Assembly (NCBI GenBank): GCA_964304625.1
Contig: OZ199838.1
Span: 4,793,289-4,857,288 of the forward strand
Reading direction: 5' to 3'
DNA: 64,000 nt
Source of the DNA: Kudoa neothunni
Lineage: Eukaryota > Animalia > Cnidaria
The notes beneath the pieces were generated by a model. The model saw nothing but the letters and a program-made list of their open reading frames with translations, was not told the DNA's origin and searched no databases. The position numbers and the translations under genes are program-made. Positions 24,947 to 38,600 of the stretch are shown in pieces; position 1 is the stretch's first letter, and every line of letters begins with the position of its first letter.

Positions 24947-27259
24947 CAGTGGTTCTTAATCTTTTGGGAGTCGCCGAACCACTACTACCCTGTAGCACGC
25001 CTCGTCGAACCCCAAACATAAAATTTTTTAAATTTTAGATAAAATGAATTATAATTTAATCAATATTTGGCACACCATAAAAATTGTAAAATGTAAAAAT
25101 AAAATTAACATAAAACTAATTAGTGCGATTTTTGTTCTTGTTTTTTTTGCAACCAATTCCGTAATACGAGGTAAAATGTTGGAGAGAGCAATTCGCATAT
25201 CGCTTTCACAGAAAAGCTTATTTCTTAGCTTATTTTTGATGGTGACCAACCTTGAAAATGATTGTTCGCAAAGGTAAGTTGTTACGAAAGGAATAAAAAC
25301 TTCCAAAGCCTTCATCGAAATTGTAGGATATTTCTCAGTTTGATTTATCCAAAAGATTGATGGTGAACCTTTTTCGAAAAGTTGTTTTTGAATTTTGTTG
25401 TGTTGAAGTTCGATAAGTTCATCAAAGTATTTATTATTGGCATCCTCAACTGAAGTATCGAAACTAAATGGCTGCCTCACCCAGTCGAGGAATTAATTTT
25501 TATAAGGGAAATAGCCATCGAATGAGTTAGAAAGTTCTTCTAAATGTGCAGCAATTATTTCCTTTAATTCAAGATGTTAAATGATCAATTCGTTGTTATC
25601 GCCACAATTAATATTACAAATATCGTCTAAAAGTGGAACATTTGTATAATTGTGGACCATTATTCTTCGTTTGTATAAAGATAATTTTATATGGAATGTA
25701 CTAAGATACTCCTCTGCCTCAATGATGTTGACTCCATATCTTTGCATCTGGGGGTTCAAACAATAAATGGAATCAAAAATATCAGCCATGTATGCCAAAA
25801 GAAAAGTAAATTCCAAATTATTGAAACATTGAGCATGGCAATGGTTACACTCCAGCAAAAATATACCTATTTCCTTTAGCAAGGTAAAAACGCGGTTTAA
25901 TACGTTTCCTTGAGACAGCCACCTCATATTTGAATAAAACAAAAGTATTTCAAATTCGGAATCCATTTCGTTGCACAAATATTGAAGATTCGTTGATTCA
26001 AAGCACTACGTCTCACAAAATATACACAATCGATAACGATTTTCAATACTTCTGCCAGCCTTGGAGGCATATTCTTTGTTGCTAATGCATATCTATGTAG
26101 AATGCAACGCGTAACAATAATATGAGATGCATCTGCTTTTACAAGATCATAAAAACCTAAGTTACGCCCCAGCATAACTGGGGCACCATCAGTGCAAATA
26201 GAAAAAACCATATTCCATGAAAGTCCATTGCCTTTGAAGAACTCATCGACAACTTTCTTAGCATCTAATACCTTGGTCGTTGTTATTGTTGTTGTTAAAA
26301 GTTTGCAAAAAAGAAAATATTCAACTATCACACCATTTTTCAAATATCTAACAAACGAAATCAGTTGACTTAGGTTTGAAATATCTGTAGTTTCGTCGAA
26401 TTGTAAACTAAACTTTGTTATACTTGAAATTAAATCAGAAATTAATTGATCCAGAATGCTTTTACTCATATCATCAATTCTTTTCTTAACGGAATCATTT
26501 GACAAAGGTATTTGTGCTAATTTTTGTTCTGCAATACTTCCAAATAGAATATTTGCCATCTTCAACGCAGCAGGTTTAACGAGCGTTTCCCCAATATTGT
26601 GAGGTTTACCTTGTTTGCCAATGAGATATGAAACTTCATACGTTACTGTTAAGATAGGCTTATCAATATTAACAAATCCAAAATTTTGCAACGTAATTCT
26701 TTCAACATATCTTGCTCTCTTTGTTTCAAGTTCAGAAATAGTCATATTCCTATATGCAGAGTCTCCATAGACACTTGTGAAATTGTCCTTTAGTTTTTCT
26801 GGTATCAGACTAGATTATTTAATTTCGAGTTGCATATCATGCAAAGAGGTCGTTAAATACCATTAAGTTCCGTAACATAGGTAAACCCGAATTGTACAAA
26901 ATCATTTGACCACTTTCTTTTTTTGTTAAACATTCAACGAGCCAATATTTATGTCCAGTAACCCTCACAAAATTAGCAAGCAAATATCACTGCCGGGCAA
27001 TAAACTCTGTAACCCGTTACACGTGATTGTACTAATCACATAAATCGAAAAGAATTTCAAATGCTCAAATAATAATTGTAATTAAATTATCAATAATTTT
27101 TTAATTAAAAATTTTTATCTTTTTAATAGAGCTTCTAATTAGGATTATAAATACAACCAATAGAAGGTTTATTAAAAATATAAAAATTATAAAGAATATA
27201 ATCCTAGATGTGATCTAAAATTTGGAATTTTTTCACCGAACCCAAGTTAAGAACCACTG
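24947..27259 (-). mobile_element. hAT (Buster/Charlie, ZBED8/FAM200-like) element with disrupted transposase
   Basis: Perfect 13-bp TIR CAGTGGTTCTTAA; decayed TSD ctatagag/tattagag. Transposase from 26933 (MFNKKRKWS..RPLCMIC BED finger) has FSLQFDETTD, ICTDGAPVM, RWLSQG and TTYLCEQSFS, broken into several ORFs. Confidence 0.95.
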
Positions 27260-27273
27260 TATTAGAGGGTTAA

Positions 27274-28208
27274 CCCTCGAAGGACCGACTTAGAAAAATT
27301 TACGCGAGGAACCAACTGGGGTCATTTTTCATTTTTTTAAATAGTTATATTCTTTCAGCCCGTCTAATTGTTATACTTATTGTATGTATTTGATAAAAAA
27401 TAGGTGATGAGATTTCTACCACTGCTAAGTAACCATTATTCATGTTATTTGTATATTGATGGATATAATGTCTTAAATAAGTGGATACCACTATGTTGTA
27501 ATATTTCCAAGGAGATAACGATAATAATAGAATATCTATTTGAGTTTTAACGTAAACTTTGAGCACGAGTCCCCAAGCATTTGATGATTACAATCTCCGG
27601 TGCGGCTAGATAACACGTGTATGCAACTGTTGATTATAATTTGATCTTGATTAATTAGACAGGGGCGCCCTTCCAAACTAACTTATAATTATTCGTGTAT
27701 GGAGACTATCAAACATATTTTTAGTAAAAAATAAATATATTTTAAAGCTAATAACGTATTTTATTGACTCTTCTTCTTGATTTAAAGTAAAAATTCGATG
27801 TATGCCGTCCTTCATTACATTACTTGTTGAAATCTCTTCTAAAGGATAATCACCATATCCAAACTGGGTTCATCGGCGTGTAAACCAAAAAATGCATTTA
27901 TTACGCTTCTAATAATGCTCTAACGCTTTTTAATAAAAATTAATGTCATTATCTTTTTTATAATATTTAATACTTTGATACCAATTCGCAACAATAACAT
28001 TTAAATGAAGTAGCGAGCACATCGCTTATTAAAAGTAAAATATTTAAATCAGTAAATACACATTTTACTTAATAACTTTATAACTGTAAATTACAGGATA
28101 TAATTAAAGAACCCATAATTTTTGAGTCCTCTCATTTAATTCAATATACGAAAAAAGTCAATTTATCTAAATTGGGGCCACAGATAACCTCCGTCGGTCC
28201 CACGAGGG
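27274..28208 (-). mobile_element. Deleted piggyBac element
   Basis: TTAA|CCCTCGAAGGACCGAC ... GTCGGTCCCACGAGGG|TTAA (14/16). Minus-strand remnant WGLVLKVYV resembles the piggyBac K(W/Y)G.K.Y motif. Confidence 0.85.
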
Positions 28209-29615
28209 TTAATGGAGTCTAATAGCCATGAATAATGTAACTCATTAGAAAACTTCAAAGACGTAACAAACCGCATTGTGGAAAAATTTACTGCACCCAT
28301 TTTTGATGCCATTTAATTTATCGCCTATTATCTAACATTTGTCCCCGATCGAAAACACTTGGTTTAGACCACCGCTTATTGGTTAATTTTAGTTACCGCA
28401 CCCCTACCACGTATGAGGACAACTCCACGCCCCTTCTCAAAAAAGTGATTTAAAAATTTATTTATATTTTGTCGAGATAAACATTTTTCCTAAAATTATA
28501 TTAAAAATAAAAAAACCGTCTACTTTAAAAAGAAAATAAATGTGAATAAAATAAATACAACTGATAATAAATTAAGTGTTTTGACTTTTTTCATATCTTT
28601 TTGGAAAATAATTAAATTAAAATGGAGCTCTTTATCAGTTTAAAAATATACAAAAATCACAATTTTTGAATAAACAAGATATATTAGTATTTTAGTGCAA
28701 AATATCAGATGCGATGATTGAGCGTGCACCAAATTGGGGATTTTGTAGTTTTTTTGTTTTAATTACAAATTTATAAATTAAAATGGAAAATAAACATGTG
28801 ATAAAATCTCTATTGTAAGGTTTTAGTTTCCATAATTGTTGAGTTCAAATTGATTCTAATTCGAAATATAACAATCTAAAATTATTCAACAAACAAAATT
28901 CAAACGGAATCTTAACTCTAATTAAAGTTTAGATCTTATTTACCTTATAATTTATTTAAAAAAATAAATAATGAAATTTTTAAGAATTCAACCCATTTAA
29001 AATTCTGGAAGAGTCGTTATTTTTTTTTATTAAACAGTAAATATTTTTTATTTGTTTACGTTAGGTTACTTAGGATTTGAACTAAATAATTCGTTTATGA
29101 ATAAAAAGATTCTAAATTATCATGTTTATATCATATAATAATAAAGAGAAAATAGTAGATTGAGATAAAATTAATTTTCAGTAACATTCATCAAACGATT
29201 ATTTGTTTATCAGACTTATTTCGGTTTCGATTACGCACACGGTATATTTTCGAGAGAAATTCTGATTACTTAGAATCGGTACATTATGTACGAAGCATTT
29301 TCGGCAGTAAAATTTTTTCGTTGACTCAAGATGTGAGTGTCGGATTCCTAGGGGGTCCGGGAAGCCCTGGTTTAAATTATCATGTAATTACGCGCGCCGG
29401 TTGCATTTTGATCCTGAAATAATGTATGTCGACTTTAATCCATCGTATGATCATCCAGCTCAAGATGGCTTATTGTAAACTTTGACAAAGTATTCATTAA
29501 TAAAGAATATTTTTTGCTAAAAAAAGAGTAAAACCCCCATGAAATTTTCAATTAAAACAAAATGTGCTTTACCCGTGTCTAACGACTGATATCGAGGTTA
29601 AACGATTAGCACGTA

Positions 29616-32600
29616 ATGGATTCTCTAGTGGTAGTTTTAAATTTTGTGAATAATAATTGAATGAAAATATCTATAGAGAGAAGCACTATCGAAGAACAGC
29701 CTGGAAGAAGTGATAGAGATTATCACCAACAATAGGTAACCTCCATTTGGTTAGTGATGTTGAATATATTATTTATTTTAATGTAGTCAAATGAAGAACT
29801 TTAATGTAGACATATTTTGCCGTGAAATGATACTGACTGCATTTGTAATAATTAATAAAGTGCATACGAAAATTTGTCTACTTCAAATGACTCTTAGATT
29901 CAAGATCCAGCATTTTTGCATCAAAATCAATGTGTATATTACGAGGCGTTGCTTCATTTGGTTTCGATAGGTGAGTGAAAAAGTTTTTTAGTACAATTTT
30001 GTAATATATTACTAAAATTAAGGATACGAGAAAGTTAGCGCAATTCTACCATTGATAACGTTGGGTGATTTGGTTGATTCATGCAAGCAACAGGATCTTT
30101 GTGCGTTGGTGAATTTTATAGATAGATACTTTGTTGAATTTATTAAGGTATGTTGATGTAGGATTTTTATGATGAATTAAATAATAATTTTAGGAGCCGA
30201 TGTTTTCCAACGGGAAATTTCAATTTATTCGTCTGGCGAACAGTAGCTTTCAGTTCCTGTTTGTTGCATCATTCATTTTTGCCATTTAGACATATTACGA
30301 AGTCTATCACACACTAGATCTCCTTTGGAGTGTGGTAAAATTCATTTAATGCTCACAAAGTTTGTCTCAGTATATGAAAAATCTGGTCTCAATCTCAATG
30401 GAGAATACAGCGCTGACGTAGTTGGAAGTGATGCCGATGTAGTTGATTACGATTTGCCATCTGAATTGGAAGATGTCTCAGAACCCAATATGCACAACAT
30501 TAAAATGTATTTAGTAACTGAATCAGTATTGATAGTTTTTGTTAGAAATGAGAGTTTCTACGACACGTTTCGAGAATTGCAAACCTATCTTAAGAATCCA
30601 TCCATGGCACTAAACGCTCTGAACTCTGAAAACTCTGAAAGTTTTGGTGTCGATTTTAGCAAAGTAGAATTTAAACAATTGGTTGTTATTAAGTTGATTA
30701 ATTTGTTTAGATCGTAGACGAAGTTGTTAGCGCCTTTTCTAGATATTATCCCACGATTGACTCATCAAAGCGCTCCGTTTTGGCCGATAGTTACAAATAC
30801 GTTGATTCGCCTGTCAATGACAACGGAATGTGATTGTCATACTTGTACGGCTCATCTTATGCTCATTTAGGAGCAACGACAATTCCTCTTTGTTTTACAT
30901 TAAAATAAACCGATTCTATCCAAACAATAAGGTACATTACGATTCACAATCGATTTTCCGTTGTCTGGCTCCGAAAATGCATCCTTTGTTATTCGAGTGA
31001 GGTGTCTTTATGACTCATGCAACTTTAATCTGAGCATATGGTTATTATTATCGCTCCTTATTTTTGACCTGTTAAAAACTTGTAGGAACTTTACATAATT
31101 AAATATGACATATCACAACGGATAAACAATATATAGCCTAAATTGAGAGTTGTAGAGGTCTAGACTGGGGGCTGCGTTTTGCATATTAAACATTTAGGAT
31201 TAAATTTAAATTGGTTAATAAACATAACCTATCCTAAACTCTGTCTTGAAATTGTTACTATGCGTCCATTATTTTTGGTTGCTTTCTAGTATGATTCGAT
31301 TTTCACATTTGGCGATTAATCGATTTATGATGCATGCAGAGGATATTTTAATGTTATTAATGGGTTTTCGGCTTATAAACACATTAGAGTTTGTATTCAG
31401 CTTATTTTACACAATCAACAAGTTTTTGTAGATAAATTTTAGCATTACCAAAATTAAGATGTACGTGAGCTATTAAAATAGCAAGAAAACTTAAAAAAAT
31501 TTGTTTTAAAAAATCATCTGATTGTTTTAGTCATAATCTATTTAATGTAATAGTGTTGTGGCATTTTCGGTAATTTGTTAACTCACAATGCTGTTATTAC
31601 GGAAAATCGATTGTTTAATGTGTGTTTCAACGAGTTGGATCAACTTGTGTGATATTTGTAGTTGCTGGAGAGACAAGTGGAATTCCCTAAATTCCAAGCT
31701 GATGTAAATTCTTTTATTCTATAGTTGTTAATTAATTAATTATCTCTATTCGTCAACATGGATTGATTTATATTTTGGTTGTTCATGTGAATGTGTAGGT
31801 ATTATTTCAAATACTTGTTCTATTATCTAACATGGAAAACTGCTTGAAAAGTAACACAAAGTATTGATTCGTTGATTTAATGATTAAAATTGATTGATAT
31901 TTAATTAAGAGCTACTAATCCAAACTTCAAACTATGGATACAATCTGTGCACGAACGTATATATGAGGTAACTTAGATTTATTCAGTGGTTAATGTGGAG
32001 CCTATTATGCGTCTCTTGTTGCGAGATTAATATTCGTTTAGTTGATTTTTCTGACAAAAAATTAAGATTGTTTACCTATTTTATTGCTTTGTTTGTGGTT
32101 GTATTATGACATCAATAACTAGAATACTCATTTATCTTGAGAAAATATTTTTGTATAATAGCATCAGATAAGTATATGGAATCATAAATTTTATAATTTA
32201 GACAAAAGGTGGGAATAATTTTATTTTTCTCTTTTGATCTCATTTATAAACGGAATAGAACTAGAAGAAAAATACGTTCTTTATCTACCTTAAGTTAAAG
32301 AAGGTTTAACTTTTATTTGGAACTTTCGTTAATTAAAGTTGCGCTTGGTGGCGTGAGATTGGTTCTTTTAATTGACTGATTTGTTCCTAATATATATTTA
32401 AATAATTGAAATTTGGGAATTTTCATCTTATCGACTGATAATTTTTAAATTTTTCGCTATTTTTGCATGTTAATCGATTATATTAATGAAAATATGCATA
32501 GATTTTTCTTTAAATATAAGGAAAAATAATTAGTATTTTTAAGATTATTTTACAAATTAATGATTGATTAGATGAAATGACCTAGTAATAACCTTAATTA

Positions 32601-35600
32601 CACTGAAAAATTGATGTCTTTTAAACAAAAACATTCATTCTTCAACTTTGTTATGTTATATTTTCTCTGTATTTTTGAAAAATTTTGTAAAAAAACCAAA
32701 TTTTAGGTTATAAAATTTGACATTTGTCTTCTATTTATATAGAAATAAATAAATTAATAAGCTAATTAAAACGTAGGAGCTCCCCAAAAATAGATTCACT
32801 TAAAATATTGCTAGTTGCTATTAATTTGATGGAGTATCTTACTTTTGATTAAAAAAACTTTTGTAAGAGATAAATTATATGGTCTTTAATTTAATACAAT
32901 TTATCTATTTCAAAGCAATTTATTCTTCCTTATTAACAAGTGATGTTTTCTGATGAAAAATACTAAACATAAAATATACGACTTGATTGAAGAAATTTGA
33001 TGAGTTTGTAATTTAAAAATTTATAGTAATTAATTAATTAATTTTTTATAGGACTACTCTCTTTAGGAGGTGAAATTACTATTTGATTATTTTAGGTTAA
33101 TTTTTTTTATTGAAAAACTTGTAATAATACCACATCAAGCAATTAAAGTTTTAATTTTTTATTTACTAACAGAAAAATGCATGATGGGGTCGAATTCTTA
33201 TTTTTGGAGGTATTCAAGGAATTATATTCTAAAATTACCCAAAAATAACATGAGACTTACGATTCTGATAAAATTTCGGTGCCTTTCTTGATATTTTTAG
33301 CCCAAGGCTAGCTTAATATTCATATTAATATTTACTTTTAAATTTAAACGTAGGTATTATACGTTTTTTTTTGGAGTTAGGATTTTATTCCATTAATCAG
33401 ATATAAAAAATAATTTAATCAAATATAGAAATTTATTTGAGTAGTTTTATTATTTTTTAAATATATAAGTTTGATAAAATGGAAAATGAGTATAATTCTA
33501 TCTAAATTTTGTTATAATGAATCGGAAATTGATGTATTTCTGAATTTTTTGACCAAATATTTTTGACATTTAAACGTATCTTACAGACAATGCCCGTTCG
33601 TGTCATGAGCGCACGAAGTTTGTTTCATATTTATAAACACGAACGAAACCATTTGTGCGTTTCGTGTGCGGGGATAATGGCAAGGTATGCGGTGTGGCGG
33701 ACGAGGGTCAAACCTATGACCCTCAAAGCTAAAAGTGGCAGAACCTTATTACTTGACTATGGACCATAACCCTGGCGCAAGGTTACGCGTTACCGTTAAT
33801 ATGTGGATACGCCATAACGGCACCCAAAAACGCCCACTTATGCACGTTTTTCGAATTTCTTTTTTCACGATTGTCCATGATAATATAAAAGAATAAGGAG
33901 TGAAAAAATCAACTCAAAATAATAACTTCTAAATTTTAAGAATATTTCATTTGAACGCCGTCGGATACACGTGTAATCTCCATATTTTTTTCAAGAAACA
34001 TTTGATTTTTTCGCTTCTTTCTTAGTTATTAATTCAAGAGTTATTTATTATTACTATTTAGATTTTTTACTATTGTTGTATAACAATTTTATGTGGATTA
34101 ACTTAAAAAATAAACCTACTGCGTTTTTCTGAAAGAGATCTCATTTATCACTATAATTAAAATACTTTTTGAATTTTGAAAAATAGATGTTAATGTCGTA
34201 CGACTTGTTTTATTAAATTTTTTATTAGAAATTAAGAATTTATTCAATTTGTATTATTAAAATTCAGAAACCTCATTTTTTAAAATGATAATATTAAATT
34301 GTTTTACATTCCATTATTTGTAAAATATCGAGAAAATATTAAGCTATATTTTTGTTTTGTGAGTTTTTTTTATATGTCACAATTTGGTAACAAAAAATTG
34401 TGCAAAATATACAAATTGAGAATATTACGAGATGTAAACACTATGTGTTAATTAAGGTTATTATTTTTATCGGCACATGTATCATTGACTAAAAATAATT
34501 AATTTATAGAAACAATATTTCTCAGAATTTATAATAACATTTTTACGTTCATCGAATGTTAGATTAAACACACTTAAGAATTCTTCTAATAACATAATAA
34601 CTTCATATAATCAACCATAAATTATTTATCTATTGAAATGAAATTTTTATCTAAAATATAACGTTGATTTATCATTAAAAAAACTCAGTTCTAAGAAAAT
34701 GCATTTTCGGAGCACGTGGTTGTCTTCTAGTTTTTAAACTGTTCACGCTTGTAACCAATAAAAACATGTATAAATAAATCTGATATTGTAAAATTTATGT
34801 TTATATGGTAAAAAATTTGAAGCATAACCAATTTATGAATGATTATCAAAACGAATTAGAGAGCAATTCAATGTTTGTTGAAAAAAAGATGGAGATTACA
34901 TGTGTATCCAACCTCGTTCGGATGAAAAATTTTTGAAATTTAGAAGTTATTATTTTAAGCGGAATTTTTTCCCTCCCAATTCTTTTATTTTATAATGGAC
35001 AATCGCGAAAAAAGAAATTCGTATAACATGCGCAAGAGGGCTTTTTTAGGTGCCGCATACTCTACCATTTCTTAAAAGATCTTAGATATGAAATTATTAT
35101 TAAATTTTGAGCGAAGGAAAATATGAAGCATTGAATATAAACAATTACGATCTCTACTTTTATTTATTTTCATTTTTGAGGCATGTTACCTCATATGCCA
35201 TAATTTCTTATTTTAATACCAACTGAAAATTTGCTATCAGTGTTTTCTTCAAAGATAATTAAAACGATTTACGAAACAGAGCCTCTCTATGTTAAGTTAC
35301 GCTATAATCAAATCTGTCTAAACGTTTTTTAGAAAGATGAAAAAACTTTCAAACCTTAATTTTTTAAGTATAATAATTAGAAGTGAATTTTTTGAGTGGC
35401 TAAGTTAGGTTTATTCAGTTCGTTTTTGAGATTATGAAAAATAACGCATAATAAAGAAGAGTGAATTAAATTTACTCCAAAAATGTCTTATTTTTAATAT
35501 TATTAGTATTGACTACTAATTTTCGTAATGTGTTTGGTTCAAGTCTATATCTAGACTTGGGTAAAATTTTTCCAGCGTATGAAAACGCCCGTTCTGACAT

Positions 35601-38600
35601 TGAGCTGGATGCTGGTTCGCTGTACACGTTAGTTGTGATTTTTCTAAGATTTTCTTTCTTTGAGTTTTCCCAATAAATATACGAATTTTCGTAAACCTGG
35701 TTGACTTTTTCTTGGATGTATCGTTGAATTTCTGATTAAAACTCTTCTGAGTCATTATCCAGTTCATAACATATTGGGTGGTTTTTCGAAGATTCCGGAT
35801 TCTTTGGAATTAGTTTTGAGTTTGTTTTCAATGTTTGTTACAAGAAAAGATTTACCATCAAATTTGTTTTTTAATGGATAATTTGGTTCAGCCATGTCAA
35901 ACAAAAGCGACTCAACGCGGCTTATCACGAAATTTAACTCTTTATTTCGCAGACTTACGCTCAATAAATTTGAATTTATTAAAATTTGGGTGGAGAAAAG
36001 CCGCGATTGTATGGTTGATATCAATACATGGTATGTATTTTTCGTCCAATAATCTTTCCAAATGCATACAATAATCGCCCTTAAAAATTTAATGTTGTTT
36101 TTGAATCATTTCTTTGATACGATGAAATACAATAAACACCTTCCGATAACATACAAAACGAAACTTAAACGAATTACAAAATGTGATGATGGTCTCTTCA
36201 CGTGTTCCAACTGATCAGAGAAATCGGAAAATATTTTGAAAAATTCAGCTACAACAACACATTCATTCTTGTTCAATCCATCAAAGTATTTTTTAGCTGG
36301 ATGATTTTCTAGCACACCCTCCAAGCTATCGAAACATGCCATTAACGTCCTATATCGATCGCTGAGACCCCTCCATGGTCGCGTAGCTGAGCTCCATTGT
36401 ATTTTCATCGGAAATTTAAATTGTAAATTTGCCGTTTTATGAACAGACCCGCAGAGTTTGTCAACATTCACTCTTAGTATGGATAAATCGGATGTGCCGT
36501 TTGTACTGAGATCCCAAGGTACACATAAAGAACAAATCGAAATTAGATTTTATAGCAAAAGCAAAATTTGTTTATAAACTTATTAGTGATATAAACATAC
36601 AATCAATATATTATAACAGTTTTATCTTGATTCACCAAGCAGAACTATTAGAGATTAAGATAGCGTATCGTAAAGTATATCACTTTTACATCAATTTAAT
36701 ACATAAAATACCTTGAGATATAATAGTGTGAAGGCGGTGAGCGGCTCATCTGGTTATGTTGAACTCTCTTACACCTGATAGATTGTTTGTTGCGGAGTCA
36801 CAAACAATTCTTAGGTCAGATTTGCTAAGTGAAAATTTAGTATAAAATTCCGTGCAGATTTTATTTACATCTTCTGCGATGTGTTTTACAGGAAAATAGA
36901 TCATGCCATATTGGAAATGTTGAAGGGTTGAAATTTTTTACAAATAACATTGATATATCAACGAATGAATCGATTTTGACATTATCAGTCCAAATATCAA
37001 CGGTTAGGCACATATTATTGTGATTGGTTGTTTTAATTCATTTGTCCATTTTAAATACATATGCTCATACTCGTTCATAATTATTTTTTTAACGCATTTT
37101 TCGGATAAAATCTTAAGCCTAGCACTAGGTTCATTGAACTTTTTGCCTAAGTTAGGTGCTAAGTTTATCATCTCTGTAAACGATGCACTTTCTGTTATTG
37201 TAAACGGGGAGATTGTTTCAGCTACAAAATTAGCAATTTTATTGTCAAACATTACCTGATCTGATACGTTTAAATTAACAGTAGATGGAGGTGAAACAAA
37301 TAATCCACTAATTTTTATAACTATTTGTTTGTGTATGTAACTTATTACGAGTAAGAAGTTTCCTATTCCAGTAAGACGACTTATTGGGGAATGCTTTGTT
37401 GCACTTTGTGAAAACAATAAAATCAATCTGAGATATTCCATCCCCATCTTTAGTAAAGATGAAACAGAAATTGTCCCATTCTTTAGAACGCGAGATAGGT
37501 TTTTTCCAAGAGAAAAATCTACCAGCTTTCAAAGCCTCTTCAACATTTTACGCATTCCAGTTTGACATAATGTAACTAAAAGAGGACACAAACACGAACG
37601 AATGAACGTTGTCTGGTATCTATGTTAAAGTGAAGTATTTGAAAGCTCTAAGCACGTTTTGAACCATTTTTAGAAACTTTCTAGTACTAATAAATAATCT
37701 CTTTATAAAAAAATTTATAATCGCAAATTATATGTTTTATTTGAAAAGATAATAATCATCTTCACTTTAAATTTATCTTTAGTATTTAAAAATTATTTTA
37801 TACCTGTAAAAAATTGATATTGGCATAAACTTGACAGAATATACAACGTCTGGTGTAATTATAACGTTAATAGTTTCTCTTAAGGCTTTGGTTCTTAACG
37901 TGGGTTTGACGAAAAAATTTAAGATATATAATTTAAACCGAGCTTAATCTTATTCTTTCTTTTTTTCATTAAGGTTTTTATTTATGTTATTTATTATCGC
38001 CCATAATAATAAAAATCAACATATGAAGGCTGACTATTATACATTAAAATTTAAGAAGTGATTGTTGATACGGACCATAATAATCATAATCAGGCGAGAT
38101 TAGTTTAAAGTTTAAACTCTATCAAATTATTTCTGACTTCTTGATTCGTAGAAATGGAATGAAAATAATTGAAAAGATTAAATTCCTCCGAACAATAACA
38201 ACGACCTTAAGATAATCGCTAAATTTTGGAAATAAGTTTGGTTTGACGAAATGTATCAGGACGTAGATAGAGTTCTGTGGCATCGACACATTTAAAAACA
38301 GCGATTATGGGGTGAAAAATTTATTCCATTTTATAATTAAAATTTTCATAATCTTCTATAGTTGAATTAACATGATTTTAAGTATAGTGAGGGCGAAAGT
38401 TCAATACTATTGACCTTCATTGTGAAATTAAAACAAATTCTCTTAGGCGTGTACTTTTTAATCTTATTAAATATTTAACCTTACAGTTCCATACTTTCAT
38501 TGAAAATATTATCTTTTTAAATATTTATAATTGAGTACATGTTTTTTTAATGTTATAATTTTTTTAAATGCATTTCAAATACTGCTTTGAAATGTTTAAA

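Larger units (their letters stand above)
33584..37615 (-). mobile_element. hAT element with BED-finger transposase pseudogene inside the large THOC1 intron
   Basis: TIR CAGACAAYG with ACACGAACGAA subterminal repeats at both ends; TSD gtatctta/gtatctat. Minus-strand fragments (37570 to ~35500) include ISPFTITESASF, VDIWTD, IVCDSATN and ATRPW. Confidence 0.75.

Noticed and set aside
27345-27660. Helitron helicase or captured gene inside the piggyBac
   Set aside because: WGLVLKVYV fits the piggyBac transposase motif better, so no cargo is needed.
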